A stretch of DNA of 64,000 bases, from the NCBI GenBank assembly GCA_036339465.1, contig JAYZAY010000030.1:10731-74730 (forward strand). Direction: 5' to 3'. Within the stretch, counting starts at the first letter, position 1. Each line of letters starts with the position of its first letter. Both the position numbers and the translations under genes were made by a program. Source of the DNA: Myxococcota bacterium (lineage in GTDB: Bacteria > Myxococcota > XYA12-FULL-58-9 > JABJBS01). The notes beneath the pieces were generated by a model that did no database searches, was not told where the DNA came from, and saw only the letters and a list, made by a program, of their open reading frames with translations. Of this stretch, positions 1 to 9,609 are shown in pieces.

Positions 1-2
1 CT

Positions 3-566
3 CTACGCTGGACCCTGGTCGATACAGCGGGGTTCAGACATCATGCTGGACGAATTGAAAAGGTCGGCATCGAATTGTCAACCCGTGCGCTCGCGGCAGC
101 CAATCTGGTTTTATGGTTAATGCCTGCTGACTTGGAGGAGGGCTGGCCTGAGGCGATTGATGGGGATTTATGGATCGTTGGGACTAAGGCAGATTTATGG
201 AGTCCAGAAAAACAAGCAGATTTTGAATCGCGAGTGGTGAAAAGAGGTTATCAATTTGCGGGATGGATTTCGAGCGTAGAAGTAATGGGGCATAGGGGGT
301 TGCGGTCTGAAGTAGTTGGGCATTTATCTTCGGGATATGGTGATATCGATGTTGCGGGTATCGTCAAAGAGAGACATTTCTCGTTACTGGTTCAGGCGAG
401 GGACGCGCTAGCCCAGTTTGAAATCGGCGTTAAGAATCAGATGTCGCTGGATGTTCTCTCTTATGAGTTAGAAGATGCGGCAAAAGCACTTGGTTGCATA
501 CTTGGTAACGATGTGGATCTTGAGGTCCTAGAGAAGATTTTCTCGGAATTTTGTATAGGTAAGTGA
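3..566 (+). CDS. mnmE: tRNA modification GTPase MnmE, C-terminal part (5' end outside window)
   Basis: Frame is open from base 3 ([13 protein letters not shown]3 motif DTAG); TKAD G4-like motif; diagnostic C-terminus IFSEFCIGK; directly upstream of mnmG. Confidence 0.95.
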   Translation, partial: LRWTLVDTAGFRHHAGRIEKVGIELSTRALAAANLVLWLMPADLEEGWPEAIDGDLWIVGTKADLWSPEKQADFESRVVKRGYQFAGWISSVEVMGHRGLRSEVVGHLSSGYGDIDVAGIVKERHFSLLVQARDALAQFEIGVKNQMSLDVLSYELEDAAKALGCILGNDVDLEVLEKIFSEFCIGK

Positions 567-2416
567 GCATGGATACGTTGAATTTTGATGTGACGGTAAT
601 CGGCGCCGGCCATGCCGGTTGCGAGGCGGCGTTTGCGGTTAGCAGAATGGGAGGGCGCGTAGGTCTTGTGACACTACGCCTCGATCGTATTGCACAGATG
701 AGTTGCAACCCAGCGATTGGGGGAGTTGGTAAGGGGCACCTTGTTCGAGAAATCGACGCGTTGGGTGGGGTTATGGGGCAGGTGGCGGATGCTACCGGTA
801 TTCAGTTTCGGCGATTGAATTTGAGCAGAGGTCCCGCGGTTCGTTCTACCCGGTGTCAATCTGATGCCGATAAATATCGTGAGATAATGACCGGTTTGGT
901 TACGGACAATGATAGTATAACGTGTATCGAAGGTGAAGCAGTCAAAATTATTCATGATGGGAAACGTCTCAGCGGAGTTCAGTTAAAGGATGGGCGGACC
1001 ATTGTTTCGAATGCGATTATTATTACCACTGGGACGTTCTTGAATGGACTTTGTCATATTGGTGACGAGAACTTCGCGGGGGGGCGGATAGGCGACAGAC
1101 CAGCATCATTTCTGTCCGGTTCATTACGAGAGCTAGGTGTTGGCTTGGGTCGGTTTAAGACGGGGACAACGCCACGCTTGGATGCGGATACGATTCGTTG
1201 GAGTTCGTTGGATGTTCAATATGGTGATCCGGAAAATCCACGGTTTTCTTTTGACGATGTTGTGAATTCGCTTGAGCAGGTTCCCTGCCACATTACTCAT
1301 ACGAATAAAGCTACGCAAGAAGTTATCCATAAGAACCTCCACCGATCGCCATTATACCAGGGAATCATCAAGGGACACGGTCCTCGATATTGTCCATCAT
1401 TTGAGGATAAAATTGTTCGGTTTGCCGACAAGGACCGCCATCACGTTTTCCTCGAGCCAGAAGGTCTTTCCTCGAACCGGGTGTATCCGAATGGACTTTC
1501 TACGAGCCTGCCCCGGGATGTGCAGGAAGAATTTGTCCATACCATACCCGGATTGGAAAATGCGAAAATACTGCAATATGGCTATGCGGTTGAATATGAT
1601 TATTCTTATCCGACCCAACTCTATCCAACCTTAATGACGAAGGCTCTTGCTGGGCTATTCTTGGCGGGGCAAATTAATGGAACGAGTGGATACGAGGAGG
1701 CAGCGGCTCAGGGATTGATGGCAGGGATCAATGCGCTTCGTTTTGTAGGGGGCGATGCACCTGCGATTATGGGTCGTGAGCAGGGCTATATTGGTGTTTT
1801 AATCGACGATTTGGTTACGAAGGGGGTCGATGAGCCATACCGCGTTTTTACGTCTCGTGCGGAGCATAGGTTAACGCTCAGGGAGGCTAATGCGGAGGAA
1901 CGATTGTTCGGTCTTGCGACGAATTGGGGCTTATTAAGCGGTGAGAGACAGGAGAGGGCACGGGATCGGCAGGTTCAGCGTGAAAGACTTCGCGACCATC
2001 TAAAAGCAACCAAGGTGGGGGTTGAGCTGCGCCTGAAACTTGGAATTGATTCGGCCGGTGTGGTTGGCTCCAGCATCGAGGATTTGTTGAAGAGGCCTGA
2101 AGTTTCAATTGGTATGCTCTTATCTGATTCGGTGCGCTGGGACCCAATGGTGCAACGGCAGGTTCAGGAAGAGGTCAAGTATCATGGCTATATTGTGCGG
2201 GAGAAAAACGAAATTAAGAGGCTCGATCGACTGGAAAAGTTGCGGATGCCCAAAGGGATGAGCTATTTGGAGACGCCGGGATTATCAAACGAATTACAAG
2301 AAAAGTTAACGGAAATTCGACCTGAGACACTGGGCCAGGCGAGCCGAATTCCGGGGATGACGCCGGCAGCCATAGCGCTCTTGCGTGTACAAATCCAAAA
2401 ACATGCGTCGGATTAG
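563..2416 (+). CDS. mnmG: tRNA uridine 5-carboxymethylaminomethyl modification enzyme MnmG (GidA)
   Basis: GAGHAG FAD motif, [39 protein letters not shown]. Confidence 0.98.
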   Translation: MSMDTLNFDVTVIGAGHAGCEAAFAVSRMGGRVGLVTLRLDRIAQMSCNPAIGGVGKGHLVREIDALGGVMGQVADATGIQFRRLNLSRGPAVRSTRCQSDADKYREIMTGLVTDNDSITCIEGEAVKIIHDGKRLSGVQLKDGRTIVSNAIIITTGTFLNGLCHIGDENFAGGRIGDRPASFLSGSLRELGVGLGRFKTGTTPRLDADTIRWSSLDVQYGDPENPRFSFDDVVNSLEQVPCHITHTNKATQEVIHKNLHRSPLYQGIIKGHGPRYCPSFEDKIVRFADKDRHHVFLEPEGLSSNRVYPNGLSTSLPRDVQEEFVHTIPGLENAKILQYGYAVEYDYSYPTQLYPTLMTKALAGLFLAGQINGTSGYEEAAAQGLMAGINALRFVGGDAPAIMGREQGYIGVLIDDLVTKGVDEPYRVFTSRAEHRLTLREANAEERLFGLATNWGLLSGERQERARDRQVQRERLRDHLKATKVGVELRLKLGIDSAGVVGSSIEDLLKRPEVSIGMLLSDSVRWDPMVQRQVQEEVKYHGYIVREKNEIKRLDRLEKLRMPKGMSYLETPGLSNELQEKLTEIRPETLGQASRIPGMTPAAIALLRVQIQKHASD

Positions 2417-2418
2417 AT

Positions 2419-2434
2419 TGTTTCACGTGAAACA
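2419..2434. promoter_or_regulatory. parS: parS centromere site (perfect palindrome TGTTTCACGTGAAACA)
   Basis: Exact match to the chromosomal parS consensus, 3 nt after the mnmG stop and upstream of parAB. Confidence 0.95.
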
Positions 2435-2507
2435 GGAGGTCGCTCTTTCCCATCCGCGCCGCCAATCGGTGTTTTCGGCTTAACTGCCCCGTTCGTCTGG
2501 GGCCCAA

Positions 2508-2523
2508 TGTTTCACGTGAAACG
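2508..2523. promoter_or_regulatory. parS: parS site 2 (TGTTTCACGTGAAACG, 1 mismatch)
   Basis: 15/16 match to the parS consensus, 89 bp from the first site. Confidence 0.9.
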
Positions 2524-2539
2524 AGAAACTAGGAATATC

Positions 2540-3115
2540 ATGTTCGAGGAACTAACCACATTTCACGGCCACGGTGTCGCCCTCAAATGCTGGGCTCACT
2601 GGAAGGTCCTGTTGAAATGGAACCAAAAAATCAATCTTACTTCCATTACATCGGACCGGCAATCTGAGCAGCTCCACTATTTAGATTCACTGCAGGGGCT
2701 TCCCTACATAATCGGCGAGCGTGTTTTAGATATCGGTTCTGGCGCGGGATTTCCTGGTATTCCCCTAGCGATCGCCACTCCCACGATAAATTACACTTTA
2801 TTGGAGCCCCGGCGAAAACGAGTATCATTTCTCCGAACCGTCAAGAGTAGATTAGGCTTGTCAAATGTGGAAATTATAGAGGGTAGGTCCACCGACGAAG
2901 TGAAGGACCGCTACGATACCGTCGTGACTCGGGCAACCTTTGCCACGGACGATGACCTTACCAACTGTCTAAAATGGGTCAATGATTGTGGAAGCTTAGT
3001 CCTCTACCGTGCCATTGACGCAGAGACCCTGCCGGGTGCTGTGCGCAAGCGTTACACGCTAAACAAGCATGTACGAAGCCTCGACATAATAAATAAAGCG
3101 ATTCACTCTCCATAG
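2540..3115 (+). CDS. rsmG: 16S rRNA (guanine527-N7) methyltransferase RsmG (GidB)
   Basis: KWNQKINLTS, HYLDSL, LDIGSGAGFPG, RA motif. Start placed at ATG 2540 (AGGA upstream); ATG 2507 overlaps parS. Confidence 0.93.
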   Translation: MFEELTTFHGHGVALKCWAHWKVLLKWNQKINLTSITSDRQSEQLHYLDSLQGLPYIIGERVLDIGSGAGFPGIPLAIATPTINYTLLEPRRKRVSFLRTVKSRLGLSNVEIIEGRSTDEVKDRYDTVVTRATFATDDDLTNCLKWVNDCGSLVLYRAIDAETLPGAVRKRYTLNKHVRSLDIINKAIHSP

Positions 3116-3175
3116 TCTTTGCAGCACACCACGCTTTGCAGTAAAAGAAAGACTCATTCGACCTAGGAAGAGAAC

Positions 3176-4003
3176 ATGGCACACATCGTCGCGGTAGCTA
3201 ATCAAAAAGGCGGCGTAGGTAAAACGACCACCGCCGTTAATCTTTCCGCGGCCTTAGCGGCCGCCGAGGTAAAGACACTGATTATCGACATGGATGCGCA
3301 AGCGAATGCATCGAGCGGGCTTGGGATTTCCGCTCAGCCTCTGGAGTCAAGCGTCTACGCCGCCTTAGAAGGTACCCTGGATATATCACGGCTCATTCAT
3401 CCGACAGCGATGCCTAAACTTGATCTCATCCCATCGGGACCAGATCTTTATGGAATCGACATTCATCTCGCGGGAATAGAAGAGCCCCTGACACGATTAA
3501 CAAGATGCTTAGAGGATATTCAGACCGCCTATGACGTGATTCTTATCGATTGTCCGCCATCGCTCAGCCTTTTAACCCTCAATGGTTTGTCGGCCGCAAA
3601 CTCTGTGCTGATTCCTCTCCAGTGTGAATACTATGCGCTAGAAGGCCTGTCTCAGCTCCTACGCACAATCGAGTTGGTCAGAGCCGGTCCGAATCCAGGT
3701 CTGGCCATCGAGGGGCTATTATTGACCATGTTTGATGGTCGTAACAATCTCGCTAGGCAAGTGGAACTCGACGTTCGCAACAACTTCGGTGACCAAGTGT
3801 TTAGTACGATGATTCCTAGAAATGTCCGATTGTCAGAAGCACCTAGTTTCGGAAAACCAATCGTACTATATGACATCCATTCGCGTGGGTCGAAGAGTTA
3901 TCTGGAGTTAGCCCAAGAGTTTCTATCTAAATCGGGTCCGGCCACAACCCACTATACCATGCCAGCAAAAGCGGAGATAAATGAAAATGAATGTAGAGGG
4001 TGA
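3176..4003 (+). CDS. parA: Chromosome partitioning ATPase ParA/Soj
   Basis: Deviant Walker A NQKGGVGKTT, DCPPSL, QCEYYALEG, IPRNVRLSEAPSFG. Confidence 0.97.
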   Translation: MAHIVAVANQKGGVGKTTTAVNLSAALAAAEVKTLIIDMDAQANASSGLGISAQPLESSVYAALEGTLDISRLIHPTAMPKLDLIPSGPDLYGIDIHLAGIEEPLTRLTRCLEDIQTAYDVILIDCPPSLSLLTLNGLSAANSVLIPLQCEYYALEGLSQLLRTIELVRAGPNPGLAIEGLLLTMFDGRNNLARQVELDVRNNFGDQVFSTMIPRNVRLSEAPSFGKPIVLYDIHSRGSKSYLELAQEFLSKSGPATTHYTMPAKAEINENECRG

Positions 4004-4865
4004 GAACGGTAAACAGCGCAAGGTACTTGGGAGAGGCCTAGCAGCCTTAATCCAGCCGACAAACAATTCCCCAGCCCAAACCCATCGCCACAGTGGTCTC
4101 GAAACCCTACCTATCGAAAGGTTGTTTCCGAACCAGTCTCAGCCACGAAAGCATTTCGAGAAGGACGCACTGGAGGAGCTAGCAAATTCGATCAAGGCAC
4201 AAGGAATCCTCCAGCCTATTTTGGTACGAAAACTGGAAGCTGGTTACGAAATAATCGCCGGTGAGCGCCGATGGCGCGCCGCCGGCCTCGCAGGGCTTAA
4301 GTCGATTCCGGTAATCATCAAGGATTATAACGACCGAGATGCGCTGGCTGTAGCGCTGATCGAAAATATTCAGCGTGAAGACCTCGATGCGATCGAGGAA
4401 GCCCAAGCGTATTCCGGTCTCCTGAGCGAGCATGGTTTCACCCAAGAAGCGCTCGCCACGGCCCTCGGAAAGAATCGGGCGACCATCGCGAATAGCCTAC
4501 GCCTCTTAAAACTTCCGCAACCGGTACTCGACCTTCTCGGTTGCGGGGACCTCACGGCGGGACACGCACGTGCACTGATGACGGTTAAGGACGAAACTAA
4601 AGTTGAAAGATTGGCGCGGGATGTGGTTGACCGAAAAATGAGTGTGAGGGATACCGAGTCGAAAGCAAGGGCGCTTAACAAAGCGACTAAGCCCCAAGCG
4701 TCCGCGGAGCCGGAATCGCTTTCTGGACGTGCGGTTGAAGAAAAATTAATGCAGGCCCTAGGCACAAAGGTTCGGCTGGTTCAACGCAGGGGAAAGGGTC
4801 GTGTCGAAATTGTTTTTCACTCCCTCGACCAGCTCGACGACCTTATCGACCGGTTACTTAAATAA
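3981..4865 (+). CDS. parB: Chromosome partitioning protein ParB/Spo0J
   Basis: LGRGL N-terminal peptide, QPRKHF, GERRWRA, ENIQREDL, HTH, GHARAL. Confidence 0.97.
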   Translation: MKMNVEGENGKQRKVLGRGLAALIQPTNNSPAQTHRHSGLETLPIERLFPNQSQPRKHFEKDALEELANSIKAQGILQPILVRKLEAGYEIIAGERRWRAAGLAGLKSIPVIIKDYNDRDALAVALIENIQREDLDAIEEAQAYSGLLSEHGFTQEALATALGKNRATIANSLRLLKLPQPVLDLLGCGDLTAGHARALMTVKDETKVERLARDVVDRKMSVRDTESKARALNKATKPQASAEPESLSGRAVEEKLMQALGTKVRLVQRRGKGRVEIVFHSLDQLDDLIDRLLK

Positions 4866-4878
4866 AGTTGGCTCCTCT

Positions 4879-6349
4879 ATGAGCATTCAAAGTATTCAGA
4901 ATCCAAGTTAGACGCAACCACCACAAGTCAAGCAAAACCAGTAACAGAAAGAAGTGGTTCCGTAACCACCTTCGTGAAACCGCGCCGTCAGCTATTGGCG
5001 AGAAAGTCTTGAGGGCTCTCGAGCGAACGGATGGAGGTTCGCGGTGGGGCCCCAACTGCCTAACGAGGAACGGCCATTACATCGTGGGGGCGCATCGCCT
5101 TATGTTTGCAGGTGGTTTACGAAGTGGCGGAGACTCACATTGGGATCGAAGTTGGCTACGCTATCGTGAATTACAAGAAGTGTATCCAGGCGCCTACTTT
5201 GATGGCCTGTGGCATGATTTGGAATCGAAACTCGGCAGCCGTGATATTGGTATTTGGCTTTTTTAAACAGGCCTGGACGGCACTCCTTTGGTATTCTGGC
5301 TTTCACGCCCCAATGTTAGTCTTCAATGTTAGTCTCCTTGGAGCGTCCACTTCGCGGCGCCAAATATCGGAAAGGTTCCGATGAGAACCATGAGCGGACA
5401 GGACATCTAGCCATTTGTCATGGAAGATGGGGGGGCCTATAATACTTACCTAATCGCCCTTTTCGGGGACGTCTTATTGTTGTGGGAGGCATAAGAAACG
5501 GTTCTTGAAATGGTGGTGGCCATGATTTTTGGTCGCGTACCCGGTAAGAATAGAAGTTATATGTTAAAAGTTCTCAGTTCTATTACGGGTATCTATATTC
5601 CGTCTCGATTTGCGATGAGCTATGCTAGTTTTCGAATTAAGGCCTTAAATCCACTTGCGCGGTTCGTCGACGAACGCTTCAAAAGTAAGGACGGTCCCTC
5701 GCCTTACCCGCTCTAGATTCAAGGAGTCTCATTCTTCTGGCTATCCGTCGAAGCGAAGTGCGGCCACTGGCATGCCAATTCGTTCTCGTATCGCGCCGTA
5801 CACCCTCTGTGGGTGTTTGCTAACTTTGTTGTTTTCTCCAGGCTAGAATTATTACGCGAACCACGGGGGAAGGGAAGGACGGGCAAGGGGAAACTCGAAA
5901 CAGTTTTGGATATAACCGGTAAGGAGGCTGTAAATAACGGTAGCTCCACTATCGGATTAGCGGGCTTTTGAGAAGGTAACTTTGAATCTTGGAATTTTGT
6001 TTTAGAAGAGCTTGGTGATTGTTGTGGAGATGGCTATTGTTCTTTTCTCCTTCAGTTTGGACCGAAAGCATGAGTCCGAAATTACATAACGGCCGCAGAA
6101 GTATGTAAATCTGAATTGACCTTCACACCTGAGGCGCCTAGCGGAACAATGCGAGCGGGGCGAATTGATAACACCGACAGGGAAGAAGATTCAATCAGTG
6201 CCGTGGGAGCGGCCGTCAATACTCGTGGCTTCCATCCAAATTTTAAGAATCCCGATGAAATGATTTTCTCTCAGGGCTTCGGGCCCAGTTTTCACCCGAC
6301 AGCAATTGCGGATTTTACGTATTGTGACACTCTTTTGTTACGGGTTTAA
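4879..6349 (+). pseudogene. Probable degraded gene of unknown family
   Basis: Frame +2 from 4883 to 6349 (489 codons) has only 7 internal stops (5264, 5330, 5408, 5492, 5714, 5969, 6071). No recognisable motif. Confidence 0.3.
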
Positions 6350-6573
6350 CGCTTATCGCAGGTGTGAGGAAGACTGAGGGGCTTTTGCTACACAAATTGC
6401 GGACAGAATTGACCAATACGACTGACCGTTGTACTGAAAGTTGTGATGGTAATATTCTCGGGCCTTAGGTTGTTATGGAAATATACAATTATCGTAGTGG
6501 AGCCGCTGGCCAAAGAGGGCAACGTGCGGTGGTAACGTTTCCTTATTCGGACTAGTCATTTGAGATTTTTGTA

Positions 6574-7731
6574 ATGATTCACCAAAAGCTCTCAATCGTT
6601 ATGATCGCCCCCTGTGCATTTCCGACCAGACAAGGAACACAGATTTTTATTCGAGATCTTGCGAAGGCTTTAAGCCTTTCGGGGCATGAAATTCATCTAG
6701 TTACTTACGGACATGGTGAATACGAGGAAGACTCAGAGTTTTTTATACACCGGACGCCCCTAATTGATACTGGATTGCGGAGTGGGCCGCATCTACTAAA
6801 GCCAGTTGTAGATATCGCCCTCTATCTCTTGGCTCTTAAAGTGATCGCAGGTTACGATTGTGATATTATTCATGCACACAATGTAGAGGGATTAGCGATT
6901 GGTGCAATACTCAAAATCCACACCAAGAAGCCACTGGTATACCATTCCCATAATTGTTTGAGTCTTGAACTTCCTACCTACTATAAATTCACGCTGATGA
7001 AATTTCTTGCCTCTGCTGTTGGTGAGTTATTTGACCGTCTACTTCCCCGGATTGCGAACCGAGTCATCGTTTTTAATCCTGAAAGTGCGGAGCTTCTGAT
7101 GGACCAAGGAGTTCCGAGAGAAAGAGTCAAAGTGATTCCCCCCGGACTTTGGTTAGAAGATATCGTTGATTGTGAAAATCAATTATTGCTCTCTGTTTTG
7201 AGGCAGCAATGTGGCGAAGGCTTTCTCCTTTATGCAGGGAACCCTGATTGCTATCAAAACCTCGAACTGATGTATGAAGCGGTGAAGCATGTTTGTACAG
7301 AAATTCCAGCAAATTTGGTCATCGCTTCTTCGGAACCCAAAAGTACGTTTCTGAAGCTGTTTGCGAATTCATCCAAGGACCTAGAAATTAACTATGTGCA
7401 AACTTCGAGTTGGGATGAATTACGCTGTCTTTTCCATCTAGCCAAAGTTGGCTTATGTCCGAGAGTGCTTCGAGGCGGTTTTCCCATCAAAATCATTAAT
7501 TATTTAGGAGGAGGACTGCCCATTGTTGCTTGTAGAAAATCTCTCGACTCTTTGGACGGTTGGCCTGGGATTGAATTGGTAGAGGACTCGCCCTACGCCT
7601 TTGCAGCAGGAATTGTGAAACAATGGAATTCTGACCATGAACTAAACGAACACAACAAGATCCTTGCTATGTTTGATATCCGAAATCAGACGACGGCATA
7701 TGATGAGCTTTATAAGGAGCTTATAAATTAA
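6574..7731 (+). CDS. Glycosyltransferase family 4 (GT-B)
   Basis: GHEIHLVTY, DIIHAHN, VIPPG, LYAGN, FPIKIINYLGGGLPIV. Confidence 0.88.
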   Translation: MIHQKLSIVMIAPCAFPTRQGTQIFIRDLAKALSLSGHEIHLVTYGHGEYEEDSEFFIHRTPLIDTGLRSGPHLLKPVVDIALYLLALKVIAGYDCDIIHAHNVEGLAIGAILKIHTKKPLVYHSHNCLSLELPTYYKFTLMKFLASAVGELFDRLLPRIANRVIVFNPESAELLMDQGVPRERVKVIPPGLWLEDIVDCENQLLLSVLRQQCGEGFLLYAGNPDCYQNLELMYEAVKHVCTEIPANLVIASSEPKSTFLKLFANSSKDLEINYVQTSSWDELRCLFHLAKVGLCPRVLRGGFPIKIINYLGGGLPIVACRKSLDSLDGWPGIELVEDSPYAFAAGIVKQWNSDHELNEHNKILAMFDIRNQTTAYDELYKELIN

Positions 7732-7776
7732 AGTACTGAGATGTCTATTCTCGAAACCTGGTAGAAGAAAGGGGGA

Positions 7777-8607
7777 TTAGGAACGAATTTCCTTAAGCAG
7801 TGCTTCTCGCATTGTCTCTCTAGGTGGTTGGCGTCCCGTCCATATCTTGAGTGCGGCCACACCTTGTTCCAGAAGCATCTTCCATCCTTCAATGATTTGG
7901 CAGTCAGCCCTAACAGCTTCTTTCAAAAACGGCGTCTCAATGGGCTGATAAATCATATCAAATGCAATGGTGCCCGATTGTACTTTAGACCAATCGAGAT
8001 CGTGCTCCTCTCCGTTGCTCCCGACGGGAGTTGCTTGAATGATGAGCTTAGACGAACTCATTATGTCAGAAACTATCTTTTTGTCTGAGAGCGTGGCGGT
8101 TCGTCCGGGGAACTGTGGTTTAATGGAATCCAAAAAATCACGGGCTTTGTCTGGGTTGCGAGCGACAACGTTGATTGTTGCTCCTATGGAATCCAATGCT
8201 ACTGCGGCAGCTCGTGCCGCACCTCCGGCACCGATAATCAATGCAGAGCTTTCGCCTGCGTAACCAAGCTCTTCGAGGGGTTTAATGATGCCGTCGATAT
8301 CGGTCAATGCACCATGAATCTCGGAGCCATATCGCCATAGTGTATTTACCGCACCAGCCTTGGCGGCATGTTCACGTAGTTCCACGGCATCTAAGAACTC
8401 GGTCTTCAATGGGGTGGTAATATTAAGACCAGCCCATTTTCCGTGCCGAATCTCTGCGAGCAACAATTCCTTATCCTCAGGTTTTGTTGGCCGCAGGCGA
8501 TACTCTGCATTCATATTCAATTCTGCAAATGCCGCGTTATGCATGGCCGGCGATGGCGACTGATCGATCGGATCCCCCACAAGTGCATAAGCAATCTTTG
8601 GTGGCAT
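7777..8607 (-). CDS. aroE: Shikimate dehydrogenase
   Basis: SPSPAMHN, NITTPLK, GAVNT, GAGGAARA, DMIY, MLLEQG. Confidence 0.95.
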   Translation of the reverse strand: MPPKIAYALVGDPIDQSPSPAMHNAAFAELNMNAEYRLRPTKPEDKELLLAEIRHGKWAGLNITTPLKTEFLDAVELREHAAKAGAVNTLWRYGSEIHGALTDIDGIIKPLEELGYAGESSALIIGAGGAARAAAVALDSIGATINVVARNPDKARDFLDSIKPQFPGRTATLSDKKIVSDIMSSSKLIIQATPVGSNGEEHDLDWSKVQSGTIAFDMIYQPIETPFLKEAVRADCQIIEGWKMLLEQGVAALKIWTGRQPPRETMREALLKEIRS

Positions 8608-8650
8608 TCTATTTCTCCAAGTGTTTTCGGGTGGAACCTAAATATTGCTG

Positions 8651-9583
8651 CTATTGTTTCGTATTCTCGAAAATTTCTCGAGCACCCCTAATATCCTCTG
8701 AAATTTGGGAGCGCAACGAATCTACGTTGTCAAAACGCCTTTCTCCTCTTAACCGAGTCAAAATTTGTATGACCATGAACTCACCATAGAGATCTTTGCC
8801 CACGAAGTCTAGGATGTGAATCTCTGTTTTCAAACCACCTCGATTAAACGTAGGCGCGAATCCAATATTTACAACACTGGGCATTTTCCCGAAAGGTCCT
8901 AAGGCCCAGGCAGCATAAACACCAGCCGGCGGTAGTAGTTCATTGTCGGGCTGCAAGTTTGCCGTTGCAAAACCAATTGCTTTTCCCCGACCGTCGCCAG
9001 GGGAAATTGTACCAGCGAGTTCAGGAGGCCTGCCCAATAATAATCGAGCTCCCGGAATGTTGCCCTCTGCAATAAATTCTCTGATTTTAGTGGAAGAGAC
9101 GACAATTCCTTCTACGCGAACAACCGGTAGCGCGTGAACCTCAAAACCGAGTTTAGCTCCTGCCTGCCGAAGAGTCTCCACATTTCCACTTTGTCCCGCG
9201 CCAAAAACGAAGCCATCACCGACGACAACATGCCGCACGTTAAGTTGTTTGTAGAGAATCGTTTCAATAAAATCCTGTGGTTTTGTGCTTGAAAATTCCT
9301 TGGAAAAAGGAAGAATTTCGACTTTTGACAACCCACACGCCAATAGCCGTTTTTTTCTGGCCTCAATGGTTTCCAACATTTTTGGAGCGTAGCTAGGCGC
9401 CAAAATTTTCGCAGGATGTGGGTCAAAGGTGAGGCCTAGGGCAGAGAACGTGTGTTCCCGGGAGAGGTTGAGCGTTCGATTGAACAATACCTGGTGACCC
9501 AGGTGAACGCCGTCGAATACCCCGATCGCGACACAGCTAGGAGGGGGGGGAGGCATGGGAGGCTTTGGTAATATTTTGCTCAT
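8651..9583 (-). CDS. ribF: Bifunctional riboflavin kinase/FAD synthetase
   Basis: GVFDGVHLGH, TFDPHP, VSSTKIR, GRGKAIGFATAN, GVYA, EIHILDF. Start uncertain (GTG 9613 or ATG 9583). Confidence 0.95.
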   Translation of the reverse strand: MSKILPKPPMPPPPPSCVAIGVFDGVHLGHQVLFNRTLNLSREHTFSALGLTFDPHPAKILAPSYAPKMLETIEARKKRLLACGLSKVEILPFSKEFSSTKPQDFIETILYKQLNVRHVVVGDGFVFGAGQSGNVETLRQAGAKLGFEVHALPVVRVEGIVVSSTKIREFIAEGNIPGARLLLGRPPELAGTISPGDGRGKAIGFATANLQPDNELLPPAGVYAAWALGPFGKMPSVVNIGFAPTFNRGGLKTEIHILDFVGKDLYGEFMVIQILTRLRGERRFDNVDSLRSQISEDIRGAREIFENTKQ

Positions 9584-9609
9584 TTCTATATCTAAGGCCA
9601 CCAGAAAGG

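Noticed and set aside
2507..2539. rsmG N-terminal extension MFHVKRETRNI
   Set aside because: It is the translation of the parS palindrome; ATG 2540 has an RBS-like AGGA and gives a normal-length protein.
4866..6573. oriC in the gap after parB
   Set aside because: No TTATCCACA-type DnaA boxes or AT-rich repeats seen.
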